DNA of 64,000 bases from Paraphysomonas bandaiensis (taxonomy: Eukaryota; Protista; Chrysophyceae). The notes below the pieces were generated by a model. The model was not told the origin of the DNA. It saw only the letters and a program-made list of their open reading frames with translations, and did no database searches. The translations under genes were made by a program, and so were the position numbers. Position 1 is the stretch's first letter; every line of letters starts with the position of its first letter. Shown here in pieces: positions 38,250 to 49,655 of the stretch. The DNA lies in contig CBFFRP010000297.1 in assembly GCA_965644295.1 (NCBI GenBank), positions 124,001-188,000 of the forward strand, given 5' to 3'.

Positions 38250-38561
38250 TAGTAACATGCTCCTTTATTTTTTGCTTGATAAAGTGCCAGGTGTATAGAT
38301 ACATATGCTGCGGTACTAGTGATATAAAGCCGTACATTAAGGTATAAATGATAAATGGGGTACCCTCATGATAATGAAAACTTTCTGCAGTTTAATATTT
38401 CTTGACTGACTTTACATCTTTACATTATCCTTTCTAACCATACTTGGGCACACAATACTATACATGGCCTAACTGTAAGAAACAAACTGCTCAAAATAAC
38501 TGTATTCAATAAAGCAGCAAATATATATCCACTTCAGTCTACATTTCAATCTACGCCACAA

Positions 38562-40343
38562 CTAGACTTTGTATAAATACAAAGCAGCCTGGGCAGTCAG
38601 AGCAATTGTATTGCTTGAAGGGTTCCACGCGCAGTGTAAAACCTGTTATATATCAGTCACGTTCGAAAAATTAGAACATGACTACCTTTTTATCGAAATC
38701 CGCTTCGGCTGCATCTCGAGTACGCGATCGGCCTGCAGAGCACATCACTATAACGATCTGTGATCAAGTTACTAGTGACTCACCACCACTGCTTTGCAGC
38801 TCAATAGAGTGTTCCGCATACCCAGCTTTGTTCCAAACAGAAAATTGATTGCTGAAAACACGTTGGAATATCAGCCACTTAAATATGGTAGCACAACACA
38901 ACACTCACCCGTAGCTACCGGTCAGGATCTTCTGTCCATCTGGAGAGACTGCTATTTCGAACTTATCAAAAATACAATCGGATTCATACAGCTCGCATAG
39001 AATGGATTTGAGACTATCATTGATATTGATAACCTACATATGGTGTTTGAAACAAAACAGTTAGAGAGTTGTGATAATGATACAATCAGTTACAAACCCG
39101 CACGGGCTTGGTCTCCATATGAGTGTCCCAAACTTTAAGTGTGAGGTAGTCACGGCTTATTATGTATCTTCCATCTCCAGCAAAACTGTACCAATAGGAG
39201 TCAGTATATCACGAAATTACTCCTGGTCCTACCTCGCATCAGATATTGATGCCACAATTTCGGAGAAAAACGACTTCGATGCAGCATCCTCAGGCTCCTG
39301 TTCAGCATTCAGTGTGAGAATATAGAGTACAAAGAGGTTGGTGATACCTCGAACACTTTCGCGCATACATCGCACAGGGCAGATCGACGGGTATCCCCAA
39401 GTTTGATGGACCCACGCGAGGAGCTGTACATAAGGATATTACAGTGCTCAGGATGGAATTGAGCCGACGTAATCACTTCCGTGAGTTCCTCCATATTGGA
39501 GGGCTTTATATCTACGATATCTGCAATTCAGAACAATAGTTATCGATATACCAAGCAACAGACAATATATACTTACTGAAACTTGATGTATTTATTTCAG
39601 AATTCCACCAGTTTATTCGTAAGTCATCTGCACTAAGGAATGATTCGCCATCGCTATTGCAGCTCACGGAATTAATATGATAAGCGTGGGCGTTACAGTA
39701 CGAGCGTTTAGGCATAGCGGAAACGGCAGACGACGTTTCCTGCCTTCGATTCAAAGATAAAACTCCATCTCTTATAGAAGAATATTTAGCACCAGGAAGT
39801 CGTTGCATGTGGCGTCCAACTTTCCATAATTTTATTGTTTTATCTAAACAAATATTAGTCCAAAGGGAATGTGGTACGCGCGTTCATTATATAATTCGTA
39901 CCATTGGTTGTGTATAAAAAAGAGCTATCCCCCAAAGGTTTGCCCCACTGAATATGATTAATTTTTTCCTCAATTTCTAAACTTTTAAGATAATCGAACT
40001 CTTGTTCATGACTCTGAAATTGGCAGTGAACCTGCCACTGATTTTCTGCCCCTTCTACATCTCGAACAGAAGCCTGTCATATAAATAAGCAACAACTAAT
40101 AAAATCAAATCTAATCTATGAACCTTTTGAGGAATATCATCGTTCTTCTTATGTATGACTATTGAACCACCATGATCACCACTTGCAAGTAAATCACCCC
40201 GTCCATTAAACTCTAGTGCAGAAAATATATTGGCTATATAATAGATATATATGAGATATATGTGTATGATAGAGGGATATAAAATATCAAGATATACCTT
40301 CATTAGAGATATCATCTGGATCACCAAATAATTGAGAAAACAT
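38562..40343 (-). CDS. PP2A regulatory subunit B/B55 (WD40)
   Basis: [91 protein letters not shown]|VLHCAWNP; many short introns. Confidence 0.93.
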
Positions 40344-40750
40344 CGTATTGAAATGTAATTATAGATCTACATGGGATAGAATGAGTTTATGTGGAAATAA
40401 TCTCATGGATAACATAATAAATGATTGATAAGAAGCACTCTGGTGATAGGTGCATGTATACACTATACCTAATCCTCACCCAGAGGTGTTATAAATATAA
40501 TATGTACCAATGTCTGTGTAGTAGTTATGAACATATATATATATACATATACATACATACCAGTATCGTACAGACTGGCTATCATATGGTGGTATACTGC
40601 TGCTGTATGTATGGTACCAAGATTCTGAAAAAAAATTGTACAAAATTGCAGAACATGGATACAAAAATATACACTCATCTCTTAAGAATCTACAAAGAAA
40701 ACAAATTAAAACTATTTATATCATATTTTTTACAGTATTAGCAAAGCGAC

Positions 40751-40822
40751 GCCTCTTTAGCTTAGTGGTAGAGCATTCGCTTCGTAAGCGAAAGGTCGAG
40801 GGTTCAATCCCCTCAGGAGGCT
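40751..40822 (+). tRNA. tRNA-Thr (anticodon CGT)
   Basis: Acceptor GCCTCTT/AGGAGGC; D-loop AGTGGTA; anticodon stem TTCGC/GCGAA with loop TT-CGT-AA; T-loop GGTTCAATCC; oligo-T terminator just downstream. Confidence 0.95.
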
Positions 40823-41133
40823 CGTATTTTTGAATATCACTATTTTTGACAATCAGTATTTTTTGTATCAGGGAAAATATGTACCGGTCTACACCACATC
40901 CAGTACATGTCCAGGAGTAGTACCGGAGTAGGTACGCTGTACCAGCCCACAGTATCTATTATTTTATATCGTATATGGGGTGAATCATATCTACGAGAGT
41001 TGTATATATGTAACATATGAACATACACACACATTTCAATATAAACATTATCATACTAGTAAACTAACACCATAAATAAACCACACCTCTACACTGTATA
41101 TCTATTAATATCTCATCCCCTGACACACCACAT

Positions 41134-42925
41134 ATGAACCCCATTCGATTCATTCTCTTTCTTAATGGTCTTATCACTGTATTATCATATAAACCTCAAC
41201 TACTTATCGAAACTGATTTGGGATCAGTAGAAGGCCATGTAAATGGAGAGGGGGTCCGGGAATGGGTGGGAATACCCTATGCCGAGCCTCCTGTAGGGAG
41301 TTTAAGATGGGAATATCCACGTTCACCAAGTCCATGGAGTGATGTATATGTAGCCAATAAGAACCCTCCTGGCTGTGCTCAAAACTGTACACTTCCACCT
41401 GGGACAGGTACATGTCCGGAGTAAGTATGTTTTGACAGATACTAAGTAGTATATGTAATGTGGAGTCGCAGTTATGTTTCAGAAGATTGTCTTTTTCTCA
41501 GTGTTTTTGCTCCACTGATGCCACCGACAGACCCAAACGGCTACCCCGTTATCTTTTTTATGCATGGCGGTAAGAGTACAATTTCTCTGAACGTGCTCGT
41601 ATCATGCTAGTGTTATGGTAGGGGCGTTTACGGATGGTCTGGGCGCATGCGCACTGTATAACGGCACGAATTTTGCGAAAACAGCTGACACCATCGTCGT
41701 CGCAATAAACTATAGGCTTGGCGCTTTCGGCTTCATGGCATCGGCTTCTATGCAGGTAGATATAATTTTAAGTGCTGTGTTATATATTAGTTTGTGAAGT
41801 AGTATCTTTTAGGGAAATTATGGGTTCATGGATCAGCGACTTGCCCTTGAGTGGGTCCAACGTAATATCCGATCGTTTGGGGGCGATCCCACCCGTGTGA
41901 CGGCCTCTGGCCAAAGCGCTGGTGCTATGAGTGTAGGGGCTCACTTGGTTTCGCCCGGATCCCGAGGACTTTTTCAAAGAGGGCTTATGGAAAGTAACCC
42001 CCTCGGATTGCCCTTCCACTCCCGTGAGTCTGCGCAAGAGAATGCAGACAACGTTGCATTGTACCTGAACTGCCCTGTTGATGATGTGGAATGCATGCGC
42101 GAGAAAACAATGGCTGAAATATTGGACGCTCAAAAGCACGCCCCGGAACTTAATTTGGACACTCTTTTTATAAACTTTCTCCCTTGGAGTCCAATGGTCG
42201 AAGAAGGCGGAGAGATTCCGTTGCAGCCGATATATGCACTGGGGAGAGGAGACTTTGAGCACATGCCTTTACTGTCCGGCAGTACCCGAGATGAAGGACA
42301 AATGTTCGTTTACGAACTTTTCTTGAATCCTCTGAGCGAAGAGGCTTATAAGGCTGTGATTCTAGCTACTTTTGGTCGCGAGAATTATAAGCAGATAATC
42401 GACATGTACCCGTATGATATTGTGGAGGGTACCACTGATGGACGCGATGCATGTAATGTACTGGCAACTGACCTATTATTCTACTGCCCACTGAGGAACG
42501 TAACAAGAGGGTACCAAAATAGACTTGGCGTCGATAAGGTTCCTTCCTACATCTACCGTTTTGAGCACGTTCTTTCTGAAGATCTAAGTAGATGTTGGGA
42601 ACCGAACACCACTTATTGCATTGGATATGTGTGTCATGCAAGCGAGCTCTGCTTCGTGTTTGACGTCTTCACCGACGGTAAAGGTATATCTTATGACATC
42701 ACTCTTGCAGAAGAGAAGCTTGCCATGGACATTCCACATATGTGGTCCAATTTTGCAGCAAGTGGAAGTCCCAACAAGGGATTGTTCAACCCTCCTATTG
42801 TTTTCCCTCCATATGTCGGGATGGATGACAGTGTGCTTTTTATTGAAGAACCTGGTATGTCTGTAGATTCACATTTTCGGGATGATTTCTGCAACATGTG
42901 GGACACTCTGGGATACATTTACTAA
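41134..42925 (+). CDS. Secreted type-B carboxylesterase / cholinesterase-like
   Basis: Signal peptide, GIPYAEPPVGSLRW, SEDCL, HGG, NYRLG, GNYGFMDQ, FGGDP, nucleophile GQSAG, HASEL. Four exons. Confidence 0.93.
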
Positions 42926-43633
42926 TGACAGGGGGTCACCTAGCATCACTGAAGAATATGTGTGATATGTCGAAATCATTCATACTACTGAATTATATTC
43001 GCATTGAATTAATCGTAATTTATCCATAATTAACCATGTCAGTAATTATAATCTTACTATTTGTGTGAAAATATTTTGGTCGTTTCTCTGCAACATCAAC
43101 ACCATTGTCAATATTTGACATTTGAATAGAAATCAACTGAGCAATAGCTAAATAGTAAATTATAAAATTATACTCAACACCACACACACATCTCTTATCC
43201 TTCATTGACATTCCAATGATTTCAAGCAGAACTTATTTCAACTGTATTCTTACACGAGCGGTCATAATGCGACTAGAGCAGTTAATTGTTTACAAATAAG
43301 CACATATATTATATATTCGTGGGCTCAACGGCACAACTAACGCGTTGTTGATGCATCGCATTACTTGGTTACCACATTCGATATGCTATATAATATATAA
43401 TACATAATGCTTTCTGCCAACTTTCAAGCATGTGCTAGATGCCATGATACCAAGTACGTCCAATATCTAAATAGCAATAGTTACGACATATGCACTCCTG
43501 GTTGCCCTGCTCATTAAATTGCTACAAAACTAAAAAAATACTTAGACATTCAAGATTTAGAAATTTAATACACTTTAAAAAGTCGATGAGGATACTTGTA
43601 TGTACAGTTCTTCACATCTTGTCTACATATACT

Positions 43634-45958
43634 CTATACGATGTGAGAATGAAACCTATTACCATACATGGCGCGCATGCAGTTCTTCCTGTATACTTCG
43701 CTATCTATAACTATTTTGCTAAACGTAATAGGGTTGACTGAACAAATTTGCCCTTCGCGTAAATAATCTTCAACAAGCACATTAGGGAAGGGACCATCAC
43801 CCAGGTTGATATCGTTAAGTGCATCACCATGCCTCTGTCTCAGTTCTCGGAGCCAATCAACAATGCTCTGGCGAGAGTCCTCATTCAACCATGTTGTCTC
43901 GTTGAAAGTTGCTTGATACTCCACCCAATTCCCAGGCGAAAGCTTACTAACTATACCAGGCTTACGCCACATCGACACTCGAAACACCGTGGAACACTTG
44001 TGCATCCACACGGCATTTAGCAGTCCAGTTCCATCTGCACCAACCAAAAGGGTAGTATTGAAACGTAGCTGGGCAACTTGCTCCGATATGTTCCAGCGAC
44101 TCATAGCTACAATTTGAGTAGTACAGCCATAAGAATTCGCCACATCACGCAATTCCAGAACATTCGTAATGGCTCGAGATGTATAGCCCATCTCCGACGA
44201 TCTCACGATGAATGTCACAGCACACCTATCAACAGTAATTGGGGTAGCTAACCCTCGATCTGACGAAATAGGGCTTAAAAAGCTCCTCTTTCGACTAAGT
44301 GGGACAATGGAATCTGAGATATGTGAGGCGAATCTAGTCCAAAGAGACATTGGTGACGATTTATTAAGGTGATCCAAGAGAGGCATTGACCCAAGCATAA
44401 TGCGTTCAAAACACACCGTCTCGTTGGATTGCCTTGACCACAATATCGTATTGTCCCAAGAGTATACAGCTGCAAATCCAACAGCACCAAACACTTCTTG
44501 GAACGTGTCCTGCCAATGCAACGAGTAATGTGTTGCCTCTACTCCAGACACACCTCCCGTCGTGTTTCTTTCTAGATTTATGTGTAGTGCCACATCTGCA
44601 GGGCGAAGTCCCTTACTCCAAACAGTGGCTAGAATGTTAGACAGGCAGTTAAATAAGGTATGACCATATTGCGGGTAGTTTGTAATGCCAACTACATAGT
44701 GAACTTTTCCTCCAAGTAAATTGTCGCAGAAACATGTGCCACTGTAAATCCCTTGTAGAAATTCGAATTCAGCATCCTGCGATAAAACACTGTGAACACT
44801 AATGGGCGGTGAAAGAGATGTGCTATCTCCAAGTCCAAGCCCAAAACTACTCGATTCATAGTACATAGAGAACGATCCAAATCCCTCAATTCCACTATCC
44901 CCAGGAAGAAACACTTGTAGCTTTCCCCCCACCAAACGAGCACCAAGAGAGTCCAGATACGCAAAACGGGCAATACCCATGACATCTCCATGGGCACGAC
45001 TATGAATATAGGGGTTCCTAAAAGGTGCTGTGGGATCAGGTCCAAAGTCTGTAAATTCCAGAATACCCTCTCGAGAAGGCAAAAAGCATTGAAATTCTTC
45101 CCGGCTGAATTCGACTACACCACTACGCCGAGAGAGTCTGACATCAGAAGGAAGAGAGCTCCACCACTTACGGGTAGAAGGAAGTCCAGTTATAGTGGAG
45201 GGTATAGTCGTTCGAATGAGATCCTGGTGCTCTTCAATATAAAAAAACTCCCCTGTAGCGGCCACTAAACTTCGGTCATCCCTAGTTATCAAAACGGTTT
45301 CCAGAGAATCCATTTTGTCTTCGATAAACGGAGGAAGACGACCCAATAAGGCGATCGCCTCTGAGTGAAGAGTCAATAAATGAGTTGTGGAATACACAGA
45401 TACCCTCTCTGCTGACTTATTCGACACTCCATACTGCTGATATCTGAGAAATTCGAGGGCATCATTTTGTCTATCTATTGTTTGCAGAAAAAAACAATTC
45501 GACCATCCCGTTTGATCTATTTGATCCAAAGACAGTGATATACTGTATATATCCACATCATCCCATATGTTATAATACTTAACAAGACCCTCTGCCAGTT
45601 GACGCCCATTCATATGATCAGTACCATGTTTTGCTAGTCCAGAATCGACTATCCCTAACATCCAATAGGTCATATTACTCTGTGTACAGTTATAATTAGA
45701 TTTCATATCTAATAACTGTATAAATATTTCTTGTTCAGTATAATTACCAAAGGATACCATGGATATGTGTGTGTTAGCTATGGGATAGCTGAATGGGGTT
45801 GTTCCTGTCTCAATTAATGTAAAAGAAAATTCACTATTTGTATATTTCACAGTGCAGTATAGTGTATGTATGTACCTATCTATATAAGTGGATGTTGTAT
45901 AAGTTATGAATAGTAGTAACAATACAGCACATGATACACGATTTTTCATATCTAACAT
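43634..45958 (-). CDS. Secretory-pathway protein with C-terminal GT61-like glycosyltransferase domain
   Basis: 774-aa single ORF with a signal/anchor. YGHTLFNCL, TFIVRS...RAITNVLEL, NISEQVAQL, LLVGADGTGLLNAVWM (GT61 consensus HGAGLTN). Confidence 0.6.
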   Translation of the reverse strand: MLDMKNRVSCAVLLLLFITYTTSTYIDRYIHTLYCTVKYTNSEFSFTLIETGTTPFSYPIANTHISMVSFGNYTEQEIFIQLLDMKSNYNCTQSNMTYWMLGIVDSGLAKHGTDHMNGRQLAEGLVKYYNIWDDVDIYSISLSLDQIDQTGWSNCFFLQTIDRQNDALEFLRYQQYGVSNKSAERVSVYSTTHLLTLHSEAIALLGRLPPFIEDKMDSLETVLITRDDRSLVAATGEFFYIEEHQDLIRTTIPSTITGLPSTRKWWSSLPSDVRLSRRSGVVEFSREEFQCFLPSREGILEFTDFGPDPTAPFRNPYIHSRAHGDVMGIARFAYLDSLGARLVGGKLQVFLPGDSGIEGFGSFSMYYESSSFGLGLGDSTSLSPPISVHSVLSQDAEFEFLQGIYSGTCFCDNLLGGKVHYVVGITNYPQYGHTLFNCLSNILATVWSKGLRPADVALHINLERNTTGGVSGVEATHYSLHWQDTFQEVFGAVGFAAVYSWDNTILWSRQSNETVCFERIMLGSMPLLDHLNKSSPMSLWTRFASHISDSIVPLSRKRSFLSPISSDRGLATPITVDRCAVTFIVRSSEMGYTSRAITNVLELRDVANSYGCTTQIVAMSRWNISEQVAQLRFNTTLLVGADGTGLLNAVWMHKCSTVFRVSMWRKPGIVSKLSPGNWVEYQATFNETTWLNEDSRQSIVDWLRELRQRHGDALNDINLGDGPFPNVLVEDYLREGQICSVNPITFSKIVIDSEVYRKNCMRAMYGNRFHSHIV

Positions 45959-46365
45959 CGTATTAATATATGAATCAATTGATAAAGTTATGTTGACTTC
46001 TTATTAAATTTGAAGGCAGATGATTGGATAGATTGCATGATATCACTTCACTTCATATCATAGAGTGGAGTGTATAAATGGACTGCTATGCCATGGTATG
46101 CATTCATTCTATGGTATGCTATGGTATGGTATACTTCATATCTTAAACTTTCATATCCCACTTTGCCTTTTAAAATATATGTAGTCCATACCATTGTATT
46201 CTCTCTGTATTCGTATACACAGTGGCAAGTGTATGATGATGAAGATATCAGCCCGTTAATTCCAATAATATTATATTCCAAGGCAATGATACGCATATAA
46301 GCACTGTCCCATTCATATATCCATACCACAATTGGAAGTGTGTAACACACTCGATTAAATTAATC

Positions 46366-47535
46366 ATGACACACTCACCTCTAGTTATTATATATGCTAT
46401 GATCAGCATAGCTGCTGCAGAGAATATCTCAACAGACTGGTTCGTAATTGGTAGTATAATATACATATATATTCCGTTTTGTATTACATGGAGTTCTCAA
46501 AGGTGCTGGGCTAGGGAGAACTGGTACAGATAGTTTAAAACATGCTCTGGAACTGCTTGGGTATGATTATCTGTATGCATTTATGTTCGTGACATCGTTA
46601 GAAAAGGATGGGACCAGCATATCATATGAAGGATGCACTGCGTGGACACCCTTGTACGATGCATCATATTGATGGGCTCTGGACAGATGCCAGCAAGGGT
46701 ATTTATTTGTGGTTTGCTTGTGTCTTGTTTGATGGGTAGAATTGTAGGTAATGTCTCCCCCGAGCGCTTCCGCTCAGAACTAAGTTGTTTTCGTTCTGGA
46801 GTTGATATACCTGCGGCTGCTTATTTCCAAGAACTCATGCAAGCTTACCCTAATGCTAAGGTGTTTGTTTGCCACTGCTTAACATGATATCCGTACGTTT
46901 TTCTGACTTACATACAGGTGGTTCTCACTAGACGACGCCCACTTCAGTGGGCCCGATCAGCTCAGAGTACTATATGTCCTGCTGCGGTGTCAAGAGGAGC
47001 CATTTTTGAAGGCCCTGGAAGTGATTCTGTTCCTCCACTTTATGTTCGTGTTCTGAGGACTTTCCTACCCGTCGCTCCTGGAACAGGTGTAGTGCCGTAT
47101 AGAGCAATGATGAGTGGCGTATTACAAAAGATTGCTGAAGCCAGTTATTCAATGGGTGGAGAGAATTCTGCATCAGCATACTGCTCCAATGACACGAAAG
47201 CTATGGCCAAACTCTACGAAAGTTGGAATGCCTATGTTATGAAGACAGTGCCTTCGGAGCGACTTATTGTATTTGATACCGGCATAGACGGGTGGGATAA
47301 GCTGTGCGATGGCCTGAATGTTTCTGTACCTCGTCGTAGATTGCCGAATGGAACTGATATAATGATTCCTTATCCCCATATAAACACTCGTGCTGATTAC
47401 GTCACTATGGTTTTTGCACAACGTGTATTAGCATGCATTGTATTCGTCACGCCTATTCTACTATGTGTATTAGCATATTTGCTCTGCCGCAAGTGTTGCT
47501 GGCGCTCAAAGTCGCAATATATACATATTGACTAA
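46366..47535 (+). CDS. P-loop sulfotransferase-like protein (Sulfotransfer_4 type) with signal peptide and C-terminal TM
   Basis: VIG|AGLGRTGTDSLKHALELLG, YHM, VDIPAAAYFQELMQAYPNAK|VVLTRR, VPSERLIVF, GWDKLC, PYPHINTR. Confidence 0.85.
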
Positions 47536-47889
47536 TTACTGATGTATTTAATTGTTATTTATCAAGAACGGAGTGAAGTACAATGACATTTTAGTTTTAC
47601 TCAGTAGCTAGTGTCAGCCTGCAAGTTGCATCTAAGTGGCAGTTGAGCAAGCTATGCTGACAGCTAATGTATAGCTACTAGAGTACCTCATTAGGTATTT
47701 AACAATAATCAATAGGTATTAATTGGTTGTTTGTTGTTTGCAATTATAAGTAATTAATTATTGACTACAACCTGCCTCTATCGTCTATTAACTATTAATT
47801 GATAGACAGACTAACGAAGTAGAAACGAAATCTTAGATTAGAGAAAAGCTATGATATTTAATAGAATATATTAAAACAACTAAAAGGCA

Positions 47890-48161
47890 GGTCTGAGTAA
47901 CTAAATCTCCATCAATAGTATCGTTGGAACGCTCTCTAACAATAGTATTGCAATATATTGTTTCCTTGCCCTGAAATGACCATCGTCCTTAATGTCTTCC
48001 AACTTCTAATTCCAATATGCCCTCTCATACTAAAGAGTAAATAATTGCCAATTAATTGTAACCTTCAAGCGAGCAATTAAATTGCAATTATTAATTATTA
48101 CGTATATTCCATGCAATTAAATTGCAATTACAATTAGTTAAAAAAATATTGTTCTGCGCTG
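47890..48161. mobile_element. Two abutting hAT-type terminal fragments
   Basis: About 47905-47973 is the reverse complement of the end at 54163-54230. 47974-48161 is the reverse complement of the end at 16844-16995. Confidence 0.7.
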
Positions 48162-48358
48162 ATCTAGCGAAAGTTGCACGAATTCCGTGTCTTTCAAGTA
48201 TGTCAAATATATACTATTAGTAATCTTAAATAGATTGACAGAGGCATTTCGATGTTATCCTCATCAATTTAAGGCTTGCACAACAACTACGTAAACGTAA
48301 TCCACACTCCCTGGCTTAAACACTACGATCCTCAATTAAAAAATATTCACAGCTGATT

Positions 48359-49061
48359 TTAAGTGAACGTCTTTTTTGTCATTATTGCATAGAACTCATC
48401 CGGACTGATTTCCCCATCAGAGTCAGTATCAGCACGTTCGATCATCTCCAGCAACTCCGCGTCTACGCATCGACTTAGGGTTTGAATAAGTACATACTCT
48501 TTCGCTTACCACTCATAGTCTCGCCGAGTTCCTTTGCAACACGCTTCAAATTTCTCAAAGATATCTTTCCAGTTTGATCATCATCGAATAAATTGAATAC
48601 CTTTTGGATATCCTCGCGGGTATCTTTGTCACTCTGGCAGAAAAATTAGACATGTCTCCATGGATAGCAAAGTCATACCATTTTCGCTGTCATCATGTCC
48701 AAAAATTCTTCAAAGTCAATACTCCCATCACCATCTTTGTCTATATCCGCTATCATTTGATATATCGTTTGATTCTTGGCTTCAAATCCAAGAGACTGCA
48801 TAGCCGCTTTGAGTTCCTTGGGGTCAATAGTGCCTAATAAATATACTTAGAAGAATAAAAACTCACTGTCATCACTCATACCAGATCCATCTGTATCGAA
48901 TAAATTAAATGCTTCCCTAATTTCTTCGATTTCCTCTTCACTTAGTCCAGGTCTTTCATATGTCTTGGCAGCTCTCTTGGTGCCACCAGCCCGTCCAGTT
49001 TTCGTTGCCTGAGGCAATATAATTTAATTTGTCAATACAGGTAGAAATGATAATTCACCAT
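48359..49061 (-). CDS. Centrin (EF-hand)
   Basis: ATG-only first coding exon, then ...[25 protein letters not shown]|[20 protein letters not shown]...[15 protein letters not shown]...[10 protein letters not shown]...[24 protein letters not shown]. Confidence 0.95.
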
Positions 49062-49655
49062 ATTAAACTAGTTCTATTTGCTTCACAATGAAAAAATTAA
49101 ACAAGATAACCAGCACTGGTTTCGAGAATAGTTTAATATAAAACTGCAGTGTCTGTATGAGTAAATCTTCCATATCATTATAAAGCAGCAACAAACACAT
49201 CAAACCCCCACAAAAAAACTACACTCTTATTTTGGCGGTTGTGCACTTCTAATTTGAATGAAAAATATCTTGAATGGCCGTTCGCTGAAAATAAAATTCT
49301 CATATAAAACTGGATTTTCTATGTTTTTTATGTGGACAAACTGCTCGGATATTTTCATTCCCACTACAAAAAACATGGATGATAACTTGGGATTTCTAAT
49401 TTTCATTGCAAAAAAAACTAAAAATGCTGCAAAAGGACATGACATCCTGCTCAATGTTGTGTATAGTATATTGTATATCAATGAACTTTGTGTATGTACT
49501 ATCTACTAACATTAAGTGAAGTGAAGTTAGTGCAAGATAGCCAATCAATTCACTTCATTGTATTCACTTACTATAAGATATGTACGTGTATCTCACTTTA
49601 CTATAAGGATTGTACGTACCAATTGACTCTATACATTATATACATAATTATTATA

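Noticed and set aside
40300-40410. Apparent missing start or frameshift in the PP2A-B gene
   Set aside because: An in-frame ATG at 40343 gives MFSQLFGD, matching the family N-terminus.
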